From the NCBI RefSeq assembly GCF_000315625.1, contig NW_005434592.1:73447-137446 (forward strand): a stretch of DNA of 64,000 nt, read 5' to 3'. How positions within the stretch are numbered: the first letter of the stretch is position 1; each line of letters starts with the position of its first letter. A model generated the notes under the pieces. The model had not been told where the DNA came from and did no database searches. It worked only from the letters and a program-made list of their open reading frames with translations. Of this stretch, positions 35,101-47,500 are shown one piece after another. Both the position numbers and the translations under genes were made by a program. The stretch is from Guillardia theta CCMP2712. Lineage: Eukaryota; Protista; Cryptophyta.

Positions 35101-38100
35101 GCGAGGAACTTGAAGCCAGAGGAGTCGAGCGATGGGCTGCACGTCTCGCCGAACAGGTTGACTCCGATGGCATCATAATGGTACACTTGTCCTTGCTCAA
35201 GGTTATCGAGCCTCACGCTTTGCACTGCAGAGCAGTTGCTGCTGACTGTCTTGGTAACGACAGAGCCTTTCTCCGGTTTGAGGCTGACCCGATAGGAGAC
35301 AGTCTTGCTCGTCGCGTTCTGTTGGCAAGCAAGGATTGTTCTCGGATCCTTTCTCCAGCTGATCTCTACCGCCAGCGACCCTGCGTAATTGTACCACACC
35401 TGGACCGGACAGCGAGTTCTTCCCATGACGATCACTCGCACGCGACTATCCAACTTGAGAGAGTTGCTAAGGCTCGCATCATACAAGCTGGCGGTTATCA
35501 GCAGGTCGAACTCGATCGAAGAACCTTCGTCGGGCTCTGAGTTTGATATCCGGAAGGACAAGTACCCTGCGGCATGGTCAGGTTGAGGCTCTTGAGGACA
35601 GGGAGGACTGGCAGACCTGATTGATTGATCTTGGGAGCCAGGGAGAAGCTCGGATCGATACTGCCTGACACTGTGAAGGTGGTCACTTGAAGGAAGTCCT
35701 GCCATTAGGGTGAGAAGCGAACATTCCGACAACTGCCACGTCAGCACCTGTGTGCATGAAGGGTCTCCTGCAAGGTTCAAGTCCTGGACGTAGACAACTC
35801 GACGGTCGCTGATGGCATCGAAGGCGAAGGCAAGCTGATGGACCATGAGGTTGATCTCTTGCACGCTTGACTGCAGCACGAGAGATCAGTCAAGGCCAAG
35901 GAAAGCGGAGGCCCAGCGCTTACCGTCACGTTCAGCTTCAGCTCGGGGAAGGCGACGGGACCGAAGATGGTCAAGACATGAGAAGCGAGACTGAAGGGGC
36001 TCAGAGCAGACGTCGACGTGTCAGGAACATTCAGCTGAATTCCCTTCGACACTTGCGCGAGCTGTCCTAATTGGCTGACAACCACGACAGCCTTGCTGTT
36101 GGGCGCGCGGTAGTAGTCTGCGGTAGCCAGCAGACTGGCAAGGGCATGAGCGGGGAAGCTGACGGTGAGCGAGGAATTTGGCAGGATGTCGCAGTTGAAG
36201 GAGAAGAAGATCCTGAAGACCGTCGCGCGGCAGAACAACATGGTCACCTGCGAGAGTTGATCGATCGTGAAGTTGGCTCGGAAAATCTTGAGCGGGTCAT
36301 AACCACCGGGGATACCGATGACGGTGATTCCTGGCTTGCTGACGAGAGCTTCCGCCAACGGCAGGTGTAAAGCTGCATAGCTCGCCTGGACCACAAGCGT
36401 CGCCCTGAGCTTGAGAGGAGGAGAGTCCTGCTCTTGGTCGGGGTTGATCAACGACAAGTTGAGAAAGTAAGTCTCACTCGCATACATGTCCATGTGCGCG
36501 ATGACAATCAGCTCATCGCTCAAGGTACGATTCAGCACAGCAAACTCCGACGAGACATTGTAGAGTGCTGGAAGTCCCACCAGCCCACGCAGAGTCATCG
36601 TTGATCCCATAGCAAAGTCGATGTTGCAGGAGATGCTGAACACGAGCTTGTTCTCCTTCATCACCAGCGGGTTCGTCTGGATGCCCGCGAGCAGGTCAAA
36701 CCCTGCTCGCACCAGCTTCCCGACGAGAGACCCTCCTGCCACTCCAAACACAGAGACAGAACGCGACGAGAACTCGCTAGTCACCTTCAACCCGGTCACG
36801 ATCGGATCAAGGTAGCACGTGACCGACACTGCAGCTGCATTGCTCTCTTTCGCTCCGTTGACCAGCACGACCGTCACGTTCAGGTCGTCGCCAGCTGGCA
36901 AAGTCTGCAGAAAGTTGCTGAGCACCAGGCTCCCTCCCACCAGGCGGCTCGAGTTGATCAGGCTGGCCGGAGACTGTCTGACGCTCACGACGCCCTGCTG
37001 CTGGTCGAACATGCTCATCCCGGTGATGGTGCAGCTTGCCTGCTTGGGCGTCTCGAAGTTGAAGCGAAGGGACAAACTCACGTTGTTGAGCTGACCGACG
37101 ATCGGGTTGTCTTGGTAGACGAGAGCGTTGGTGATCGTCGCACGGTAAGTCACGAAGGGGCTGCTGCCATTGATGACGCCGAAGAGGGTCGAGCGATCCA
37201 TCAGCATCGCCCTCGTCTCACTCTCAGAGTCGAAGACTCCCAGCTCCTCCACCAGCTTGACCTGCAACGGCCTGTCCGCCTGCTCGCAGTCGCCGTTGAT
37301 GACGCGGAACGACACATTGAAGGCGGAGACGTTCGAACCCGAGAGCGTCAGCACTAGAGTATTATCGCTGATGCTCGTGAAGGAGTCGAGCAGCGTTGGC
37401 ACACACGAGGGAGCTGGGGTGATGAGCAGCCGCGAGTCCTTGGTGATGGCGAACCTGGAGACGACGTGCAGGGAGATCACGTTGGGCGAGCTGGTGAAGG
37501 GAATCGTCTGCGAGATCGTCGCCTCCTGTATCTCCGGCATCACTGTCAAGAATGGCTTCCGCCCGCCCGGGACCAGGAAAAGGTCCTGCTGGGTCCCAGC
37601 TATGGTGGTCACTTCTGACCAAGAGTCGTACAGCCCGCACTCCACCATGAGGCGGGCGGGAAAGTCAGACGGGGAGGACAGGGGGGTCTGACTGTTTCTG
37701 ATGCTCAAGAGGAGGACATAAGGAGGTTGGTTGTCACCTCCCAGGAACTTGAAGGAGGAGTTGGAGCTGATGCTGACAACCTGCCATGCAGACGACAGCG
37801 ACGCGGCCTGCGAGACTTGCTGTGCAGGCCAGTTTGCAAGGAAGAGTTGAGACCCGACGGTGAGTGCGACGTTGAGGGTGAGGCTGAGAGTGAGCTGGTT
37901 GGATGAGCCGACGAAGGGAGAGGATTGCTGGAAGCTCCAAGAGGAGATGCGAGGACGAACAATCTTGAGGGGTAACGAGCCTCCCTCAATGCCGAACCGA
38001 GAGGAAGGCTGCTGAAGCAGCGACACCGAACTCAAGCTCGCGTCCCATACGCCGCTCTCGATGAACCCGCTCAGCGTGGGGCTGACGGCTACCTGCTCGC

Positions 38101-41100
38101 TCCCTCCGTTTCTCACTGTCACATCCAGCATGACGACGAAGCTGCTCCGGTCGCTCGTCGCCTCCACCACTATGAAACACCCGCTCGCAGAGGTAGAGGT
38201 CACCCTGAAAGCAGCAGCATTCACAGTCGCGTCGACATCCGCCATGCCGCACAAGCCGCTGAGAGTCAAGCGAGAGCCTTGGACGAGGAAGGTGTTGGTC
38301 TTCACAGAGACCGTGAGAGTGTTGGAGGCGTCGGTGAGAGGAGAGCTCTGATAGATAGACGCGTTGACGATGACAGGAGCCCATGTGTCAAGAGGATCCT
38401 GCAACGAGATCCCGTAGGGGTTGGAAGCAGCCACCGGGGTGAAGTTGAAGGCCAGGGCGAAGTTGTTGCTCTTCGAGCTTGTGATGTCCATGGAGACGTG
38501 GGGGGCTCGAAGGACGTAGGACGGGTTCCTGACGTCGACGAGGAGATAGTAGTTGACGTTTGCCTTCATCGCGTCAGAGGCCTCCATCGCAAACTCAAGG
38601 TAATCTTCGCCTGTCGTCACGTTGCGGAACGTCTGCACCCTGCCGTCTTGAGAGGTGAAGTTGAGAGACCCGCTGGTGAGAGGCGACTGCAGCAGAGGCG
38701 AGCGAAGCCTGAACTTGAGCCCATCGCTCCCTCTGAGCTCGACATTGAAAGCAAACTTGAGGTTCAGACGGTTCAGCGAGCCCACCAGTGGGTTCACTGA
38801 TGACACCGTCGGTGATACAACCTTCGGGGCGACAAGCAAGCAGATGCGGCCGCTCGTGTCGGTCTCGGTCGTCATGCGAGTCTTTGACAAGAGAGAGATC
38901 CTGTCTCCGACTCCGACTCCTCCCTCGACCGACACGTTGCATCCCTCTAGCCGCTGACCTTGGCTGTTCATGACGGGAACCCACACACGGATGCTCGTGT
39001 TGACTGCGATGAGGTCCAACACCTTGACGGTGAAGCCATCGGCCACCTGCTTCACCTCAATCGCGCTGTCAAGGTTGCTGTAAGCTGGTGCCTTCGCTTC
39101 ATTGTAGACGTAGAGCTGGTCGGGAATGCCTGTGATGTAGAGGTAAGAACGGTTCGTCATATCCACGTCCACTCTCATCTCCATCGAGATCGTATTTTGC
39201 ATGAACGAGACTGATCTCGAGTGCTGGATGTGGGCGAAGAGGATCTTTGGGACATGAACCTTGAACGGGTTGGAGGCGTCCTTCACACCTCCGATGGCTT
39301 GGGAGCTCAACGTGACCCCTTGCGATGGCAGAGAATAACGATTCCCACTCACCACGAGCCTTCCCTGGACGAGAAAACTCGATGGAGCCCGTTCGACCAC
39401 CGGGTTTGTGAGCTCGAAAGCGACGAGAGCCTCGTACTGATCGAAGCTCGAGTTGGCAACCAGCAGGAGCTCGCCAGTACGAAGAATCACGGCTCTGCCT
39501 CCGAAAGTTACTTTTGACGCGGACAAAGTCTGGTCAGGCTGAGCTGATGCAAACTGGATTTGCTTCTGCTGGCACACGGCTGCTGTGGAATAGACGACAT
39601 TCTGCTGATCATTCGAAGCGGCGGAGCTCAACAGTCTCCTTCTGCTGCTGCTGGGAGCGGGGGTCGTCCAATCTGTGATGGTCTCTAACGCCTGCATTGT
39701 TGTCGACGAAGAGCTGCTGTCCAAGGGTGTGGAGGAGGAACTTGACAGGAACGCTTTGGAAGTAGGAAAGGAATTTGTTTGGAATGGTGCTGGTGTCGAC
39801 GACGAGCTGCTAAAGGCAGGTGTAGACGACGAGCTGCTAAAGGCAGGTGTAGACGATGAGCTGCTAAAGGCAGGTGTCGACGATGAGCTGCTCCAAGTAG
39901 ACGTCGACAACGAGCGGTCCTCTATGGGAGTAGACGATGGGCTTGAAAGCTCGGCCGAGGCTGCAGAAGTAGGAGCACTCGTTTCGATCTTGAAGGGTGT
40001 CGAAGAGGAACTGCTGTCAATGATCTTGGTCGAGAATGAGCTGGTTTCCACGGTTGTAGGTGCTGATGTCGAGCTAGTCTCTGATGCTGCTGAAGTCGAC
40101 GAGGTGCCAAACGTAGACTCAATGTTTTGCTGAGGCAAGGGAGTCGAAGTGAACCCTTCTTCTGCCCTCACTGTTGTAGTGACTTCTCCTCCCACTCCCA
40201 GCGGCGATGTAGAGGTTGCTGCTGGGCTTGTCTGAGCCTCTTGCTGCAATGATGGAGTCGAAGTAAATTGCTCTTCTTCGACTGTTGTGGTGACACTTCC
40301 CTCTGCAGCAGCATACGTGGATGAGGCTGCTGGGGTAGACTGAGCCTCCTGTGGCAGCAACTCAGTCGAAGAATACCCCAGCTGAGAGAAGCTTGTCGTT
40401 GATGTAATGCCTTCTGATTCTGCAGGGGTAGAAGATGAGCTTGACATATAGACACCCTTGGTTGAAAATGAAGCGCTTTGCAACTGCTCGACTGGCGTGC
40501 TGGTAACGGACAGAGCATAATCACTGGTGGAAACGCCTTCAGATTGACCACCTGTTGTCAAAGAAATGGTGCTTTCCGAATTCCCACCAGCGTATGTTGA
40601 GGCAAGGGTAGTGGGCGTCGGCGCGATGAGTACTCCGGTAGTCGAGGTGACCGTTTGCAAAGTTGTCGTCGGAAACAAAGTTGTTGTCGAAGTCAAAAAC
40701 GTCGAAGTCGAAGTCGAAGAAGTCGTTGGAGGAGTCGGAGACGTCGTTGGAGGAGTCGGAGTCGGAGCAGGAGTTGAAGATTCTGTTGATGACGTCGTGT
40801 CTGCTTGAGTTGTGGTTGATGATGTCGGTTCAAGTGGTGTTGTCGTCGTCAACGATGTCGTTGCATATGAATAACAAGAATCGATATAATCCCAGATGGC
40901 GCTGAATCCAGTGAGTGTAAAAATGGATCCAGTGTCAAAATGCACATTGGGTCGTAGAACAATCGAAACTCTGTTGCTGATGTTTGCCAGTGCACTCGAT
41001 TGACGAATAGAAGCAAAGATCAACGAAGGAATGACAGTCTTCCCTGGGACAGAGCCGTTCAGAACACCCAGGACATCTGCATAGATGACAGTGAGGTGCA

Positions 41101-41515
41101 CGTTCACTGCATTGAGGCTAAGAGTCAATGCACTGCTGCCCTGATTTGTGAAATTCTGGTTTTTGACTGAGAATGAAATCTGATATGCTGTTGCTTGAGA
41201 TTGGATGATTTCAGTGTTCGAAAACAACAAGCAGGAAGATGCATTCCAGGAGCTTGTCAGCGAAAGCTGCGGACTTGAAACTGCAGGTACACTTTCTCCA
41301 ACAGCATATTCGAAGTCAGTTAAAGCACAAATAGAAAAGTTTGATCGTGCTTCAACATTCTGTGCGACTGTTAGAGAGAGAATCAAGACATTTTGACCAT
41401 TCGCGATAGGGTTAGTCTGACGAATGGACGCTGCTGATATTGAAAACCCAGACCCATTTGCTGACAAAACAAAACAAGAAAGGATCGAAAGCCAGCATTG
41501 CATGCGAGCTTCCAT
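32181..41515 (-). CDS. Giant (~3,050 aa) type-I surface glycoprotein: signal peptide, ~11 beta-rich repeats, mucin-like block, FN3-like domains, Cys-rich CGDG/CDDGN repeat, EGF-like, ZU5-like/HFS, TM, charged tail
   Basis: The 1934-aa and 1232-aa ORFs join in frame across GT-AG intron 35871-35923. Two further introns (35699-35747, 49 nt; 35567-35616, 50 nt) together keep the frame. Signal [70 protein letters not shown]. Confidence 0.88.
32603..32858 (-). repeat. Coding 63-bp tandem repeat, 4 copies, in the cytoplasmic tail
   Basis: Encodes (GDMPRSHTGEARGGGQGARTA)n. Confidence 0.92.
33529..34576 (-). repeat. Inverted near-identical duplicate of 1-~1050
   Basis: Direct sequence comparison; the shadow ORFs are duplicated too. 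Similarity probably continues beyond the window's left edge. Confidence 0.95.
39793..39892 (-). repeat. Coding 27-bp repeat (SSSSSTPAF), about 4 copies, in the mucin-like block
   Basis: Unit TGT(C/A)GACGA(C/T)GAGCTGCTAAAGGCAGG on the plus strand. Confidence 0.85.
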
Positions 41516-42250
41516 TCTTGCTGTGATCCCTTTAGAACAATCCGAAGAAAGAACATTCAGCATTTCTACTGAGACGGACAAGCAACATGGAAGATGTTTG
41601 CATCATATTCATCCCGTAGTTCAATCAACCATGAGGACAAGCATGACAAGAAATGCTCGCTGTCTGTCAGACCTTCCCCCATTCCGAGCAACCTGCTCTT
41701 TGCCGCCCACCTCTCCCAGGGTTTCTTTCCTCAGAGTCTTCCCGGTAGGAACCAGGCCAACGAGACTGGAGCAGGTCGGAGGCCTCTGACTTCCTCGAGG
41801 GGTGGAGGAGGAGGGAAGCAGCCTCTCCCTAGCTCTCTCTGCTCATCGACTAGCGACGTTTCCCGCTCCCATTCATCATGGCCTTATCCACCTGGCATAA
41901 CCCACCCTACCCACCCCCCGAAGTTGCACCCGTACAAGCTATCTTATCCCTACCCCTCCTGTCTCACTCTGAGCCCTATGAAGTGGTACCACCGGTGATC
42001 GAACGATTTACTTCGAAGAATCACACTACCCCACCCATCACCCTATCCTATGTCAAGTCACGTACAGGACTTTAGACCTCCGGGGGTCTAATCAACCCCC
42101 CATGTACCGTCTGTCCTCTTTCTACCCCTACTGCCCCCTATAAACTACCACCCTTGGTATCACCCTCCCCGGGCCCTGTCATCATACCCCACCCTACCCT
42201 AATATATTGACATCTGGACTAGGGGAATGAGGATGAGGTTAAGAGGTTAA

Positions 42251-42631
42251 GGCCCGTTTCCCGCCGGCTCCCAGATTCCAGATTCCAGATTTTTTCATAC
42301 AAATATAAGTCAATTTCTTTTTTTCTCCTCCAAATGTTTTGGAGAACTCAACTATAAGTCATTTTAATTTGAGAATGAAACGATGCGGTTGACTTTCCCA
42401 GATTTTGCTTTTCGAATGGGCAGGCACTATATGGAAATATACTATTAGCTCAATCGAGAAAAATTGTTAGAAGGTAGGGAGGGTACGCTTGGAGCATCAA
42501 ATATGAACAGGCAGTGGACCCACCCCCTGTCAGTATGTATTGAAAGCACCGGTGAATATTTCGGGGTAAATTTCAAATCACTTTGAATAAAGTCAAAAAT
42601 CTGGAATCTGGGAGCCGGCGGGAAACGGGCC
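42251..42631. mobile_element. MITE, Tourist/PIF-Harbinger-like (381 bp)
   Basis: 34-bp perfect TIR GGCCCGTTTCCCGCCGGCTCCCAGATTCCAGATT; TAA TSD at 42248-42250 and 42632-42634; AT-rich non-coding interior. Confidence 0.9.
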
Positions 42632-43994
42632 TAAGAGGTCACTGATCGGATCTTGAAGTTCAAGTTGCCAGTCGGTGCCCGGCGGTGTCGGCCCGGGCGC
42701 CGCCCCGGGGGCCGGCCCGCGACTCGGCGACGGACTCCGCGGTGACCGGCGGCGGCGTGCCGCGGTCACCGTCCGCCGGGACTCAGTACGGTGGAGTGAG
42801 TCCGGACGGCGGTCCGGTCCGGGCCCCAGCCTGTGAGCCCGGAGTCCGATAGCCGTCACCGCGTGACGCGGCGGCACTGCGGCACTATGACGTGATCGGA
42901 CGCCGGGTCACCGGTTCCCGGGCCCCGGGCCCGGGGGACGGGCCGGCCCGGTGCAGTGGGTCGGACACCAGTGGCACAGTCACCGTGCCAGGCTGCCGGG
43001 GCCGTGGCACCCGGCGTCGCGGTTGCGGCGGCCGCGGCCACTGCCGCTGACGGGTCAGCGGCGTCGCCCCGGCGTGCCACGGTGATCATCCGGTGACAGG
43101 GGCCGGGGGGCATATACAGGCTCCGAGCGGGCCGGGCCTCCGGGAATCGGCGCCGGAAGTTGAAAGCGCCGGGGCGCCGGCCGGGCACCGCCAAGTTTGG
43201 AACCGCCGGTTCAAGAAGGACTTGAACCCTGTGACCGTCACCGGCGTCGGTGCCGCGGTGCGGCGCCGGGCCGCCGACTCTCGACTTGCCGCCAGCTTGC
43301 CGCATGATCCAGGCCGCGTTCAACGGTTGAACGGTTTGCCGAGTCACTGAAGTTCTGGCTTGGCAAAGAGAGTCCAATTCCTACTAGTGACTTAACTGCA
43401 ATCAACTTGGATGATACAGTTCTTGTCATCGTTGACTACCGTAGTACCGGGTGCCAAAGTTACTCAGTAGTGACAATCCTCCGTAAGACAGCTTGGAAAC
43501 CAATCGAACCCTTCACTTATCATTTCCAGTTCAACGGTTGTGACAGTCAACATCGAAGACGGTGATTCATCCCAATCTGAGGAAATCGCGGATAATAGTC
43601 ATCTCCAACTGTCTCCCCTTCTTCACAACTCCCCCTTCCCCCCCCCTCTCGTCCCCGCTCTTCCCAAGTTCATGCTCACCTCCCATTCCCATCTCTCCCT
43701 CGCGTTTTACTCCACTTCTTCATTTTTATAGTCCTCGTCCTCGTCCTCGTCCCTCTCTTCATGGACCGAGGATTCTTCGTCTTTATCCTCCTCGAACAAG
43801 GAATCCTCGACCTCGTCCTCCTCGTTCTCCTCCTCGTCCCACCTCTCCCCCCTCCTCGTCCCCCTCCTCATCCTCGTCCTCCTCGTCCTCCTCGTCCTCC
43901 CCGCCCGCCCCCCTCCCTTCTCCTCCCATCCCACAAACTCCCATCAACAAACTTGGTAATAGCCCTCCTCCCCCCACAATCCCCAGCGTAAATT

Positions 43995-44013
43995 GCCCGC
44001 CATCGGGGGCAGG
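43995..44013 (+). promoter_or_regulatory. Putative snRNA upstream element of U5 copy 3
   Basis: GCCCGCCATCGGGGGCAGG at -69, although the spacer to the gene is unrelated to that of copies 1 and 2. Confidence 0.78.
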
Positions 44014-44063
44014 CACAGGGGTAAAAGGCAGAAGGAAAAACCACAGGAGAACCGGTTTCGATT

Positions 44064-44170
44064 AAGTCACTGGTGCCGTCATGCCGTACAAATCTTTCGC
44101 CTTTTACTAAAGATTTCCGTGGTGGCGCCAGGCTATGACCAAAACCAAATTTTTGAAGCGCGAAAGCGCA
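44064..44170 (+). ncRNA. U5: U5 spliceosomal snRNA, copy 3
   Basis: Same 107-nt sequence as copies 1 and 2 (loop I, Sm site, 3' hairpin). Confidence 0.95.
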
Positions 44171-44214
44171 AACATGCGAAAACAAACTGAAGATGATGAT
44201 GGTGATGATTGAAC

Positions 44215-44258
<44 letters not shown>

Positions 44259-44565
44259 CGATGATGAGAGAGGTTGTGAGGAGAGGTGTGTGCGTTGTTG
44301 TGTGATGAACAAGTTAACAGATGTGATATGATGAGATTGGATGTTTGGAGACTTTGTTGTGTGCTGAAGATGATGGTATACTGGGGATCTTGTAGAAGGC
44401 ATACATGAGACAAGATTGTCACTGACACCTTTGATGCAGTTCTGACATGAAAAGGAGGGTCCAACATGAGAGGAGGGTGGGAAGGGTAGGAGGGAGCAGG
44501 AGGGAGCAGGAGCAGACGCAGAGGGAAGGATTCATGAGGAAGATTGATTTCATCTCAGTTAGTAT

Positions 44566-47500
44566 TTACAGCTGCAGGGGTCGAGGAAAAGCGGATGAAA
44601 CACTAGAGTCGCGACTGCAGGGCAGCGTGAGCGAACAGAGTGAAGAAACAGCTAAGGGACGAACGCGCGCGATGGCCGAAGAGGAAGGAATGAAGAAGCA
44701 GCAGGACCAGTGGCAGCGGGAGCAGGAGGAAAGGGGGTTGGGGTGGAGGAACAGGATAGGGAGGAGCAGGGGAAGGGGAGGGAGGAGTGGCATGCAGCAG
44801 CAGCAGCAGCAGCAGCAGGAAGATGAAGAGGGACTAGGAATATGATCCAGTAAAAGATTCACCTCTCCTCATCTTCACTTGTGTTTCACAACTCCTTGCA
44901 TAATGTTCGCCAACACGCCGTCATAGCTGCATCAGACATCAGAACCATCATCAAATCCTTCCTTCTTCCTCCCTTCCCTTTCTGCTTCTTCTCCTCCCAC
45001 TGCTCATTCTTCTCCCCCCTGTCCCGCTTCTCCCTCCTCCTCCTCCTCCTCCTCCTCCTCCAACCTATGTGTGCCATCGGCATTCAGGCGAGCAGGAGGG
45101 ACTTTAGCCAAAGCCCCCTGGTTGGTTGTATCCGCCTGTACCTGCAAACAAGTTGAGAAGATAGCGGAATGTGACGGAAGGGCAAGGTGGTGGAGAAGGA
45201 GAAGAAGGGGGAGGGGCGAAGGGAAGAAGGAGAAGGACACAGAGGAGGAAACGGAGGAGAAGAGAGCGAGGAGACAAGGCAACGGGCGAGAGGAGAGGAG
45301 GAGGCGGAGGTGGCGGGAGAGTCTTGTTGCTACCTTGGCCAGCACCCCTCCGTTGTTAGTGTCTGGTTGGACGTTTGCAAGTACTCCTGCTCCTCCATTT
45401 CAGACCTCCAGCCTCTCCTCTCCTCTTCTCCTTGCCTCCTGCTAGCTTGCTGTCCTCGGGCACCTGCGAAAGGACGCCTCCTGTCTGTCTGTTCAGCTCC
45501 TCGTACTAGGTTGAGCAAGGGGACGAGATACGGAGAGAAGGGAGGGAGGGAGGGAGGGAGGGAAAGAGCGGAGTGGAGGAAGAAGAGGAAGAATGAGAAG
45601 CAGGAGCAGGAGCGGGGGATTAAAAGGAGACAAGAGGAAGAAGAGCAGCGGGGGAGCAGGAGGACGAGGAGTGGGAGAGAGACGTTGGAAGAACAGCAGC
45701 AGCAGGAAGAGGAGGAGTGGGAGGAGGATTGGCAGGAGGAGGAGGAGGAGGAGGAGGAGGAGGAGGAGGAGGAGCGTGACCAGCATCCTCTGGCTTGCCC
45801 ACGGAGTCAAGGGACCAGACGCCCGGGATGAATGACTCGCTCCTCCTCCTCAGCGCCTGCGTCAGATCTCAGCCGCCTGCAGTTCCAGCCCAGCATCTCA
45901 ACCTGGTTGACCGCCGCCTGCATGTGCTTCAACCCCAGCTGTGCTCGAGCTCTTGCCTTCTGTGCGTTCTGGATCGCATCGTACTCCTTCCTGACCTGTT
46001 GACGACGCTAAGAGGAGGAGGAGGAGGAGGAGGAGGAGGAGGAAGATGATGATGACGATGATAACGACGACGATGATGATGAGAAGGAGAAAGAGGTTGA
46101 GGAGGACGTGGAACAGATGACGAGTAGTCGTAAGTTTCAGCAGTACCCATCGAGATTGAGGAGAGAGGAACTTGTAGTCTCCGTTGCGACTCTCCATGAG
46201 CTGGTCAGGCGTGTGAGGTAGACGGCGCGGCCACCTCAAGCTCTTGACTCACCCGATTGCGCTGGTGGAGAGTAAGATGAGCGCCAGTGCGCTGAATGGA
46301 ACAAGAGTCAGCAGGAAGGAGGTAAGAAAGCAGGACGGGGGAGAGGGAGAAGGGAGGGGAGTGAAGAAGAGAGGCAGGAGACAAGAGAGGAGGAGAGGGG
46401 AAGAGAAGCAGGGAGGAGGGAAGAGAGGGAGGGAGGAAGAAGGAGAAGAGAGGCAGGAGATGAGAGGGAGCAGGGATTAAGGGAGAGTATTCCAAGGGGA
46501 GAACGCCGACCCGGTCGATGTGAACCCTCTCAGGATCTTTAGCTTCTGCTCTGCGAGCACTAGGAGCTTGTCAATCGACCGACCCCTCCTCCTCCCTCCT
46601 TGTCTTACTCCTCCTCTCGCGCTCGTTCTCGCGCTCGTTCTCGCGCTCTTTCGTCTTGACGTTGCGATCGTCGGTCCTGACATGGCACATCAAACATCAT
46701 CGTCGTCATCATGAAGGTCGTCGTCATCATCACGTTGCCCTCTCCCCCATCCTGATAAATTCGATTTCTGAAGACAAAACAGACATGCAGGATGGGCAAA
46801 GTAAGATCCTCTGATCGCATCACAGCATAGAAACACCGCGCCACGTCAACAACTTCATCCACCCCCCTCACTCCTCCTCTCTCTCACTCGAGCCACTTGG
46901 AGAAGTCGCTTCCCTTGGATGCGGACGTAGGATGAGGATGGTAGCTGTCAGGATGGATCCCCGTCCCCCTCAGCGTGTGCCCGACCGGGTGGTCCTTCTG
47001 CGACAATTTCCAGATCACCAAGGCAAGAAAATACTCTCTCCTTCTCCCTTCCCTTTCCCTTCCTCCCTAACCCCACTTCCCCTACTCCTTTCCCTGCTCC
47101 TTCCCCTTCCCCTGCCCCTCCTCTTGCTCTTTGCTCTTCTGTTCCCCCTGCTGAGGCGCATAACTCACGTTCAAGAAATCGGAGTACTGCTTGTAGAACT
47201 TTTGGTCTTTCGCCTGAAAAAAGCATCGTCAGCCCTTTCCCATCTCCTTCACAGCATCGCTCCTCACACCATCCTCCCTCCCTCCCTCCCTCCCTCCCTC
47301 CCTCCCTCCCCCTTCTCGGCCACGTCTCACGAATCACCTTGAACTCTCCTCCATGCAGGTTGTGCGTACGTCCACGAGATCCCTCCTGTGCAGCTCGTGA
47401 GCATAAACACGATGGTGACTTGAGGGCACAGAGACGACAAGATCGGTGGACAATCAGCCTATTCCTGCGCAGCCATGGCTCGATTTTTTCACGTGATTCC

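Noticed and set aside
35777-35879. Two separate genes or a programmed frameshift between the 1934-aa and 1232-aa ORFs
   Set aside because: A canonical 53-nt GT-AG intron (35871-35923) joins them in frame.
42593-43429. R/P/G/A-rich ORFs in GC islands (also 49029-49945)
   Set aside because: Stop-codon scarcity in very GC-rich DNA explains them; overlapping frames on both strands have no protein-like composition.
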